Made by a program: the position numbers and the translations under genes. A stretch of 64,000 nt of DNA from Lachnospiraceae bacterium (GTDB taxonomy: Bacteria; Bacillota; Clostridia; Lachnospirales; Lachnospiraceae). Shown here piece after piece: positions 16,535 to 23,781 of the stretch. The stretch covers positions 378 through 64,377 of the forward strand of contig JAJQCQ010000079.1 of NCBI GenBank assembly GCA_021202635.1. Reading direction: 5' to 3'. The notes under the pieces were generated by a model, which made no database searches, was not told the DNA's origin, and saw only the letters and a list, made by a program, of their open reading frames with translations. Every line of letters starts with the position of its first letter. The first letter of the stretch is position 1.

Positions 16535-16813
16535 TCAATGGACAAACACTGTTTTCAGCAGAAGGATGTATTCCTTTTCCCGGAGATACAAAGCTGCAAG
16601 TTCCATCACTTTCGCTGTTTCATGCAGAGGAAGTACATCAAGATACTCTTTTATGATCTTCTCATACACAGCTGCATCCGGGCAGAAACTGAGGCTCCCC
16701 CTGAGTACCAGATAGGAATTAAGGGATACTTCAAGGGACAGAAGCTCCTCGTCTGCCATCATTCCGGTTCGAAATTTTAACAATGTCCTCACCCTCCGCT
16801 TCTCGACATTCAT
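16535..16813 (-). CDS. Small hypothetical protein (92 aa), first gene of the minus-strand operon
   Basis: ORF directly downstream of a sigma70-like promoter and 18 nt upstream of the next start. Predicted helical; no family recognised. Confidence 0.4.
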   Translation of the reverse strand: MNVEKRRVRTLLKFRTGMMADEELLSLEVSLNSYLVLRGSLSFCPDAAVYEKIIKEYLDVLPLHETAKVMELAALYLREKEYILLLKTVFVH

Positions 16814-16824
16814 CTGGGTTTCCT

Positions 16825-16852
16825 GTTATATTTTGCTGCAGCGGAATATCAA
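16825..16852 (-). promoter_or_regulatory. Putative sigma70-type promoter of the minus-strand operon
   Basis: On the minus strand: TTGATA (16847-16852), 16-nt spacer, TATAAC (16825-16830), 11 nt before ATG 16813. Confidence 0.35.
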
Positions 16853-16876
16853 TTTCAATCCTCATTATTCCGGCTG

Positions 16877-16897
16877 TTTTCATGAAAGTTTCGCAGC
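16877..16897. promoter_or_regulatory. Repeated intergenic motif TTTTCATGAAAGTTTCGCAGC (copy 1), contains palindrome TTTCATGAAA
   Basis: Identical 21-mer occurs again at 21784-21804. Flanks are also similar (ATTCCGGCTG vs AATCCGGGTTA). Lies in the divergent region between the operon promoter and the 17050 gene promoter. Confidence 0.5.
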
Positions 16898-16988
16898 AAT
16901 CATGACAGACATGCAGGGCAAAATTCCGTTTAAAAGAAAGGTGGAACGCCTGAAAGACAAATTGTTTTCAGAATCATCCGATTTTTCC

Positions 16989-17018
16989 TTGCAAACCATA
17001 CAGGGAATAACGTAAAAT
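16989..17018 (+). promoter_or_regulatory. Putative sigma70-type promoter of the 17050..20280 gene
   Basis: TTGCAA (16989-16994), 18-nt spacer, TAAAAT (17013-17018). AAGGAGGAAA RBS 6 nt before ATG 17050. Confidence 0.4.
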
Positions 17019-17049
17019 GAATTCAATTACGACGAAGGAGGAAATTCCA

Positions 17050-20000
17050 ATGGCACGGAAAGAAAAAGAATCCGGAAATATGTCTCTGGGAAGTAAATCA
17101 AGACAGGCCGATAAAAACAGTGCCAGGATTCTGGCTGCCAGAATGCTCTCTGAAACCCCGCTGACAGGCTGCCGCCGGAAGCAGGAGGATGGGAGTTGGC
17201 GGATGGATCTGCTTCTGGCAGGCCCCGGTCTGGTACATGACGCCCTTTTTTCAATGCTTTTGTCCTGTGCAGAAATGCTGGACACACGCCTCGTCATCCG
17301 TATGGTTCTTCCGTCCGCTGAAGAAGCCCTGCGGCGTTACGTTCAAGACTGGCCCCTTTTCCCGAAAGCTGTAAGCCTGTTCCTGCAGGACAGCCCGGCT
17401 AAGGACAATAGAGGAAACCCGCTCTCCCTGGACTGCAATGTAACAGATGAACCTTTCGCGGAAGTCCGCTTTTACACATCCAATCCCGGCGAAGGCATAG
17501 AAAGCCTTATCCGCCAGATGGAAGCTTCAGAGGATATAAGCTGGATATGCCTTGCCAGTGACGATGGGGAGCAGAACCGCATGGAAGCATACTCCCTGGC
17601 TGCTTCCGGAGTATGCCCGGCAGGCTGCCGCATTGATTTCTATGATGGCAGCCCATGCACCCGGCAGGACAAAAGCTTCTGGAATGGCACCTATGCCCAG
17701 GCAAAGCTCCTGCATAAGTACTATACACGTACATGGAATGAACGGGCCACAAACGCAGAGATCCTGAAGGATTTCCAGTCCTCATCCTATAACATCCAGT
17801 CTTCCCTGTGCAGTGTCCTTTCCATTCCCTATAAGCTGGTTTCCGTCGGGATCAGCAGTACCGGGGAGAAAGCTGCGGCAGAATTTTACCAGCGTATCCT
17901 TTCCCCAGGCGTTCCGCAGCAGGGTCTGAATCATCTGATCCATCTTGAACACAGGCGCTGGATCCTGTTTCTAATGACGGAAGGGTATGACCTGCCGGCC
18001 CGGGAACAGATCCGGCAGTATGCCTTCCATGGGGAAAATGACCAGCGGGACAAAAAGAATAAGCTTCATCCGTTTTTATGCGACAGCAGCCCGGATCAGG
18101 GAATCCGGCTCGGACAGCTTGACAGACAATCCTGGGAAAGATCCCAGACATTCTCTGATTTCGAATCACAGGGCATTCCTCTTGACAGGCTGGACAGCAT
18201 GTCCCTGTGGCTCCACCAGGAATGCAGTGCCCGCACCCGCAGCCTCAGCCTCCAGACTGGCAGTCTGAAAGATGCTTTTACTGCCCTGAAGCGGGAACTG
18301 CACCAGGAAGGTTATGGGGCATCCGCATTCGAGATGACCGAAACGCTCCAGTCCGTCGCACAGAGAATGCTGGATAATGAATACCATATTAACCAGCTCT
18401 GGCATATGGCCTGCCGCAGGCTGGATGATGCCGTAAGCACCCACAAAAAAGCAGATCCGCTCCACCTGGAAGGGACATCTTCTGCGTTCGGAAACCTGAA
18501 AAACCTTATGAGCGTTGTAGAAGAAAGGAACCTGTATCACGATTATAAGGCAAGCGACCTTACATTAATTGAAGTAATCCCGCTCCTGCTGACCGCGTCT
18601 GATCCGATCCGGAAGATCCATAAGCCAGTCGGAAGCGAGGGATGGCAGAATATTATATCTTCCCTCCTGATTGAACCTCAGGAGCTTATTCTGTATTCCG
18701 ATTTTCCCGAAAAACTTGGGGAAGACATCCCCACGCTGAAAAAATTCATGCAGGACAGGGGCCTTGATGTGAAAATCAGCATAAAAGAAACTTCTGCCCT
18801 GCGGGACATGAAAGTCCCGTGGAATGCCGTAAAAAGCGTGATCGATGTGACCGGAATCTCTGCCATGCAGGCATTTGAAATTTCCCAGTCACCGAACCTT
18901 TCTTTCATTCCGGTGATCGCGTTCAGGGGCGGTATGCTGCACAGCCTGCGCGGGAACTCCGGAGCAGAATATTACAGTACCGTCAGCCGGCATCTTTCCG
19001 TAACGGAAACCTTTCGCCTGAACCATGCCTGTCCATACTCGGACGAGAGCCAGAATTACATACTTGGACTGGGCAATTCCTATTCCAGGATCTGGTACGT
19101 ATATTCCAGGCATACCTCCTACGAATGGCATGTCCTGTGCCAGTTCCTTGCCCATATTGAGGGAGAACATTATTGGAAACTGGAAGACATTTCTTCTCCC
19201 AGGAAGGAGGAAAACAGGAATTTTGGCAATATCCCCGGGCGTCAGCTCACAGACGCAAAAATAGATACCGTCCTGCGGGAACTCCATACCAGGCGGCTCA
19301 TCGGACAATACAGCGTGCCCTCAGACGGCCAGATCGGGCCTGTGACAATCCGCTCGAAGTATCCCGGAATCTTTGAAGCGGTAGAAAAAATGCTGAGCCT
19401 TTGCAAGAAAGAAGCCTGGTATCATACCTTCCTGCTTCTCGATACGGTGCGCGATCCAATGACTGGAAAGCCATCCGGGAAAAAAGAATTATACATTTAC
19501 GACGATACACTGCTTGTTAACTGCAGTTTTTCAGAAGAAAGCCTGCGAAAAACACTGTCCGGTGCTTCCTCCGATCCTTTTTCCAGCAGGGCTGCTGATA
19601 ACTGCGGCATCATAAAAAATCTGCTGCAGGATCTCCTGGCCCAGACGTCAACCACGAAAAGTGATGGCGCACCTATGGTAATCCAGCCCGTAAGCGGTAC
19701 AGAAATTATCACGCCGAAAGCCTCCAGCCCGGGAGAACAGGCTGCATGCTTTACTTACGTCAGCCGGTCCGTAAAAGAGTGCCTGATGAAGGAAGGAAAT
19801 GTGCTGGAGGCATACACCTACTATTCCATCCAGCGGAACGTCCTCGTAGACGACCTGAAGCTGAATGTTGCTTTTGTCTGGGATGCTGAATCCGGTTCGG
19901 AAGCCCTCCTGCCGGAAGCCGTCACAAACGAAATTGACCTGGTGTTTACCAGAAACCTTCAGACCTATTTTGTTTCCTGCAAACAGTCAAAACCGGAGAC

Positions 20001-20280
20001 CCGTTTCCTGGAAGAGATAAAAATCATGGCAGAAAATTTCGGAATCGATCCGAAAGCGATCCTTATCTGTTCTAACTGGGATACGAGCCGTAAATCCGTC
20101 GAAAGGGATCCCGGCACGCAGAGACGGAACAGGCTGGTCTCCGAGCGGGCTAAGAAAACGGGGGTTTATTACATTGACCGTGGGATGATTGGCGATACGT
20201 ACAATGAATTCAAGGAAAACCGGCTTGGGAAATACATCCAGAATATTATTGATGGGAAAGCAGACTGGGATAAGATATAA
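17050..20280 (+). CDS. Giant protein: Rossmann-like + RyR-like module (paralogous to 3..2564) fused to a Card1-like module (CARF-like Rossmann domain + PD-(D/E)xK nuclease, DUF1887-type)
   Basis: RyR-like IHLEHRRWILFLMTEGY...KLHPFLCDS (nt ~17935-18085). Card1/DUF1887-like N-lobe QELILYSD...VIDVTGISAMQAFEI (compare the TGGTK motif). Nuclease signature NEIDLVFTRNLQTYFVSCKQSK (19927-19986; compare NEIDv...IECK). Start moved to ATG 17050 because of the strong RBS. Confidence 0.6.
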   Translation: MARKEKESGNMSLGSKSRQADKNSARILAARMLSETPLTGCRRKQEDGSWRMDLLLAGPGLVHDALFSMLLSCAEMLDTRLVIRMVLPSAEEALRRYVQDWPLFPKAVSLFLQDSPAKDNRGNPLSLDCNVTDEPFAEVRFYTSNPGEGIESLIRQMEASEDISWICLASDDGEQNRMEAYSLAASGVCPAGCRIDFYDGSPCTRQDKSFWNGTYAQAKLLHKYYTRTWNERATNAEILKDFQSSSYNIQSSLCSVLSIPYKLVSVGISSTGEKAAAEFYQRILSPGVPQQGLNHLIHLEHRRWILFLMTEGYDLPAREQIRQYAFHGENDQRDKKNKLHPFLCDSSPDQGIRLGQLDRQSWERSQTFSDFESQGIPLDRLDSMSLWLHQECSARTRSLSLQTGSLKDAFTALKRELHQEGYGASAFEMTETLQSVAQRMLDNEYHINQLWHMACRRLDDAVSTHKKADPLHLEGTSSAFGNLKNLMSVVEERNLYHDYKASDLTLIEVIPLLLTASDPIRKIHKPVGSEGWQNIISSLLIEPQELILYSDFPEKLGEDIPTLKKFMQDRGLDVKISIKETSALRDMKVPWNAVKSVIDVTGISAMQAFEISQSPNLSFIPVIAFRGGMLHSLRGNSGAEYYSTVSRHLSVTETFRLNHACPYSDESQNYILGLGNSYSRIWYVYSRHTSYEWHVLCQFLAHIEGEHYWKLEDISSPRKEENRNFGNIPGRQLTDAKIDTVLRELHTRRLIGQYSVPSDGQIGPVTIRSKYPGIFEAVEKMLSLCKKEAWYHTFLLLDTVRDPMTGKPSGKKELYIYDDTLLVNCSFSEESLRKTLSGASSDPFSSRAADNCGIIKNLLQDLLAQTSTTKSDGAPMVIQPVSGTEIITPKASSPGEQAACFTYVSRSVKECLMKEGNVLEAYTYYSIQRNVLVDDLKLNVAFVWDAESGSEALLPEAVTNEIDLVFTRNLQTYFVSCKQSKPETRFLEEIKIMAENFGIDPKAILICSNWDTSRKSVERDPGTQRRNRLVSERAKKTGVYYIDRGMIGDTYNEFKENRLGKYIQNIIDGKADWDKI

Positions 20281-20292
20281 AAGCTGCAAAAA

Positions 20293-20319
20293 GCGGGGTG
20301 AATTCTGGTTTCACCCCGC
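20293..20319. terminator. Perfect 10-bp stem hairpin between convergent genes
   Basis: gcggggtgaa / ttcaccccgc with a 7-nt loop. A5 precedes it on the + strand, which gives a T5 tract for the minus-strand gene ending at 20407. Weak T-tract for the + gene. Confidence 0.55.
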
Positions 20320-20406
20320 GTCTGCGTTCTATATATAACCGGCCTTCTTCCTCCACCTTCATCCAGTATCGGCTTGCCTGAATTTAACAGACATCTTCAG
20401 TATTGC

Positions 20407-21075
20407 TCACCATCCGCTTTTCAGCTGATTATCCCCAAAGCTGTCCTGGATGACAAGCGCAAAAAACTCAAAAAAGTCCTTATAACTGCTCGCCTTAATT
20501 TTTACCAGATCTTTTCCATTGTATAATACTACTCTTGAAGCCCTGTCAGCTGGATCCGGTGACAATATCCCCATCCGAAATTCACATCCATGCATTTTCC
20601 GTACGATACTCCTGCCCAGTTTCTGAAGCTCTTTTTCATTCAGACTGGTAACCATCAGAATATATGGTATTTTCTGCTGTATTCCCACCAATGTATACCT
20701 TCTGGCCTGTTTCTGGAGTTCCTGTATTGCGAACCCGGCTGCAGCCTTTATATTCCTTTCCCCTCCTGTCTTCAGGTTTAATTCTTCTTCTTTCCACGCC
20801 CTCGCCGGCATCCATCCCTTTACCGATTCCGGCACTTCACTGAACGTAATTACCGAAAGATCCGTTTCTTCCGAAATCTTCGGGTCAGCACAGATATCCT
20901 GAACAAAGGAATGGAAGGCAGCCTGAAACTGCCTGACCGTCCCGCCTGTCATATAATCCGATGTATCAGCCAGGACGGCAACAGCCTTATGAGGAGAATA
21001 AACACCGACAATCTCAGTAAATAATGTACCACACTCTGGCCTTGTATTGTTTCTGACAATTTTTTCTTTCATCAT
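20407..21075 (-). CDS. vWA-like protein with degenerate MIDAS motif
   Basis: AVAVLADTSDYMTGG aligns with the vWA start (vvfvlDtSgSM) but reads D-T-S-D-Y. Later PYILMVTSLNE sits where iillTDG is expected. Assignment is by pattern only. Confidence 0.35.
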   Translation of the reverse strand: MMKEKIVRNNTRPECGTLFTEIVGVYSPHKAVAVLADTSDYMTGGTVRQFQAAFHSFVQDICADPKISEETDLSVITFSEVPESVKGWMPARAWKEEELNLKTGGERNIKAAAGFAIQELQKQARRYTLVGIQQKIPYILMVTSLNEKELQKLGRSIVRKMHGCEFRMGILSPDPADRASRVVLYNGKDLVKIKASSYKDFFEFFALVIQDSFGDNQLKSGW

Positions 21076-21137
21076 TTTCCCTTTCCGGATATAATCCTTT
21101 GTGTTACGCTGAGCTGGCGGCTTTCGCCGCCAGGTTC

Positions 21138-21641
21138 TCAGTCATCATCCTTGAAGATATTGTGGAAAACATACAGCGTTGCGATATCTGAGGGACTTAC
21201 ACCGGTTAAGGTTACAGCTGCAATAACGATAACAGCTATGGTGCCAAGGACAGGGATGATGAAAGCCTCAGCAATAAAGGTACCTATCGCTATCAGTGCC
21301 TTTCCCACGCCCCATATGACTATCCCGGCTGCTGCCACGCAGACAGGGATCAGAACCGTTGCAAGAAGCTGCAGGGCCATAGCATGCAGTACCTCTGCCG
21401 CCCCAAACTTCACCAGGCTGCCAATGAACCAGAATGCACCCAGCAGGCATGCCGCGAAAATAAAAACCGGATAATCCTCTTCAAACTGCCTGGTTCCGTA
21501 TGTGCTGTAAAGCCTGCCAGCGGCAACCGCTGCAAGCAGCATCGTACAGACAAAGCAGTATAAAAAAAAGAAATGTTTTACATAATACGAATTCTCTTCA
21601 TATCTCTTCCGTCTTCTTCTTCTCCGTCTTCTGCTCATCAT
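21138..21641 (-). CDS. Multi-pass membrane protein with poly-Arg N-terminus
   Basis: MMSRRRRRRRRKRYEE followed by at least 4 hydrophobic spans (FFFLYCFVCTMLLAAVAAG; VFIFAACLLGAFWFIGSLV; LLATVLIPVCVAAAGIVIWGV; IIPVLGTIAVIVIAAVTLTGV). Confidence 0.55.
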   Translation of the reverse strand: MMSRRRRRRRRKRYEENSYYVKHFFFLYCFVCTMLLAAVAAGRLYSTYGTRQFEEDYPVFIFAACLLGAFWFIGSLVKFGAAEVLHAMALQLLATVLIPVCVAAAGIVIWGVGKALIAIGTFIAEAFIIPVLGTIAVIVIAAVTLTGVSPSDIATLYVFHNIFKDDD

Positions 21642-21783
21642 TTTCTCCTTTCTGTTTCCGTTCTTCCTGTGCTTCAGCCGGGAGGACAGCCCGTCTTATC
21701 CTTTCCGCCCCCTTATGTATTTTCCCTTGCTCCATCAAGTATACAGGATCTGTCATTTGGATTACACACGAGAATCCGGGTTA

Positions 21784-21804
21784 TTTTCATGAAAGTTTCG
21801 CAGC
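21784..21804. promoter_or_regulatory. Repeated intergenic motif TTTTCATGAAAGTTTCGCAGC (copy 2)
   Basis: 21/21 identical to 16877-16897. Lies in the divergent region between 21641 (-) and 22173 (+). Confidence 0.5.
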
Positions 21805-21880
21805 TGCTGTCCAGCCAGGTCCATATTTCGGCCCTGTTTATTCCTTGCTGCGGTCAGCGCGGCCATTGAATCAGCATGCT

Positions 21881-21897
21881 ATGAAAGTTTCATGAAA
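21881..21897. promoter_or_regulatory. Related half-motif ATGAAAGTTTCATGAAA
   Basis: Shares ATGAAAGTTTC with both 21-mers and contains the TTTCATGAAA palindrome again. Confidence 0.35.
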
Positions 21898-22172
21898 CAA
21901 AGGGTCAAAACTCCAATAGAATTTTCCTCCAGGTTCCTGTATCCTGTTCCCTGCAAGGCCAGTAAAACACAGTTACAGGAAAAGGAGCCATCCGGACCAG
22001 AAGGGCTGTCCACCCAGGCAATCAGGCAGATTTTTGTCTGCCTGCCACCTTAAAACATCTGCTTCTGCAGGAAAATGCAGCAAAAAAAGGGATTATGTCC
22101 CGCAGGAAGCGGGATATCCCACCCGAAATCATCTGTATGTACCCGCCAGTCCGGCGGTGAAAGGAGACCATC

Positions 22173-23708
22173 ATGAAAAGGAACAGATTGTTCAATGCCT
22201 TTTTGGCTATCCTCGCAACATTTACCATGATATCACAGTTCGGCATCACAGCATTTGCGGCATCCGTATCATGGCCGAGCATATCCAGCAGCTCCTATCT
22301 GGAGATTACCGCAATAGAGAAAATCAATGTTTACCAGGATAAAAACTGTAAGAAACGCGGCTCAAGCAGCCCGTTAATATCTTACAATGCATATATTTCC
22401 CCTGACGATGTCTGCAAAATAACCGGCCTTTATACCAGCAGTTCTTCCGTAATTGTCACATATCCACTTGATTCAGGTGGTACGCGTACTGGATACTGCA
22501 AGCTTTCCGATATCTTCGATAAGACCTCCCTTTCATCGAAGTTTACTGCTAAGGGATCCGTAAAGACCTATTCGAACATTGCCTGCTCAATACCATACGG
22601 ATCCGTGGCAAAAGGGGACAGTGTGTGGCTTGTTTATACGAAGGGCAGCTATACCTATATCATTTATACAGCAAAATCCGGCAAGCGCGCTTATAAGGCC
22701 GGCTTCATTAAAACCACCGACCTGAAAACACTGAACCCGGTCTCAGCGACCAGCGTGAAACTGAGTTCCTCATCCTTTACCCTCACAGAAATCGGGGCGA
22801 CAAAGACGCTGACTGCGACACTCTCACCGTCAAACAGCACCGATTCAGTAACGTGGAAGTCCAGTAACACGAGTGTAGCCACAGTCTCTTCCAGCGGGAA
22901 GGTAACCGCAGCAGGCAATGGGACAGCTACCATAACAGCTACAGCTACGAGCGGCAAGAAAGCAACCTGCACAGTCAAAGTGAGTGCTTCCCAGCTTGTA
23001 TCCGCAAGCGAAATCACTGCTGCCGCAAAAACATACGGTATAAAATCCGGGTCAGATGCGTACAAAGCACTCCAGTCCATCAATACGAAATACGCATCGT
23101 ATTCGCAGCTTTATTCCAATAAAACCGGCACGATTATATTCCTTTTCGAAGGTGTGAACGGGTCTACCTCCGCAAACAACCGCTCAAACGCAATGTGTGT
23201 TGTCTTGAAGAACGGGAAGATCAAGTATATCAGCCTGAACTGCTCAACCATACCTGACTACCCCTTCAGTCCTTCTAAAAATGAAGGAACCGCCATGCCG
23301 ACTGTAGAAGCAGGGATTTATTCCTTCACCACCACCAACCACAAAAGCACCTATGCCGCTTTGAACATCACGAATGCTAAGGTGCTGCGGTTCACCAGCA
23401 AGACGAAATATTACAGCAGTACGTCAGCAGCCATCAATGTCCATCGGCGCTCCAGTTCCGGGATCTCTTCCAGTTCAAACAGCTGGGTAAACAGCGCCGG
23501 CTGCATCCTGGTCGGCAAGTACAGCAAAGATTTTGCAGATTATCTGAACTTCTGTAAAGCAGTCGGAATCTTAAAGAGCTCTTCAACATCCCTTACACGT
23601 TACACATCCTCAGTGAGCGGCAAAATCGTCATTGACAGGACATATGCAAAAACGTACCTTACCAATATAGGGTATCCCTCCTCGGCAATCTCTTCCGGGC
23701 TGATGTGA
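22173..23708 (+). CDS. Secreted protein: signal peptide, SH3b-like domains, Big_2 Ig-like domain, C-terminal YkuD-like (L,D-transpeptidase fold?) region
   Basis: Signal peptide MKRNRLFNAFLAILATFTMISQFGITAFA. Big_2 signature VKLSSSSFTLTEIGATKTLTATLSPSNSTDSVTWKSSNTSVATVSSSGKVTAAGNGTATITATA. C-terminal INVHRR...x16...NSAGCILVG resembles the YkuD H...S.GC(I/V)R motif. AAAGGAGA RBS. Confidence 0.6.
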   Translation: MKRNRLFNAFLAILATFTMISQFGITAFAASVSWPSISSSSYLEITAIEKINVYQDKNCKKRGSSSPLISYNAYISPDDVCKITGLYTSSSSVIVTYPLDSGGTRTGYCKLSDIFDKTSLSSKFTAKGSVKTYSNIACSIPYGSVAKGDSVWLVYTKGSYTYIIYTAKSGKRAYKAGFIKTTDLKTLNPVSATSVKLSSSSFTLTEIGATKTLTATLSPSNSTDSVTWKSSNTSVATVSSSGKVTAAGNGTATITATATSGKKATCTVKVSASQLVSASEITAAAKTYGIKSGSDAYKALQSINTKYASYSQLYSNKTGTIIFLFEGVNGSTSANNRSNAMCVVLKNGKIKYISLNCSTIPDYPFSPSKNEGTAMPTVEAGIYSFTTTNHKSTYAALNITNAKVLRFTSKTKYYSSTSAAINVHRRSSSGISSSSNSWVNSAGCILVGKYSKDFADYLNFCKAVGILKSSSTSLTRYTSSVSGKIVIDRTYAKTYLTNIGYPSSAISSGLM

Positions 23709-23781
23709 TATCACAGCAGGTATCTGAAACAGGCTGCGCGAAATGCGCAGCCTTGGCATTTTATCATGCGAGGAAAAGAAA

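Noticed and set aside
16833-17015. 60-aa ORF, and the 21500..21895 ORF, which share the peptide FHESFAA
   Set aside because: The shared peptide is just the translation of the repeated DNA motif TTTTCATGAAAGTTTCGCAGC. There is no RBS, and the rest of the two ORFs are unrelated. The motif was interpreted as a DNA-level regulatory repeat instead.
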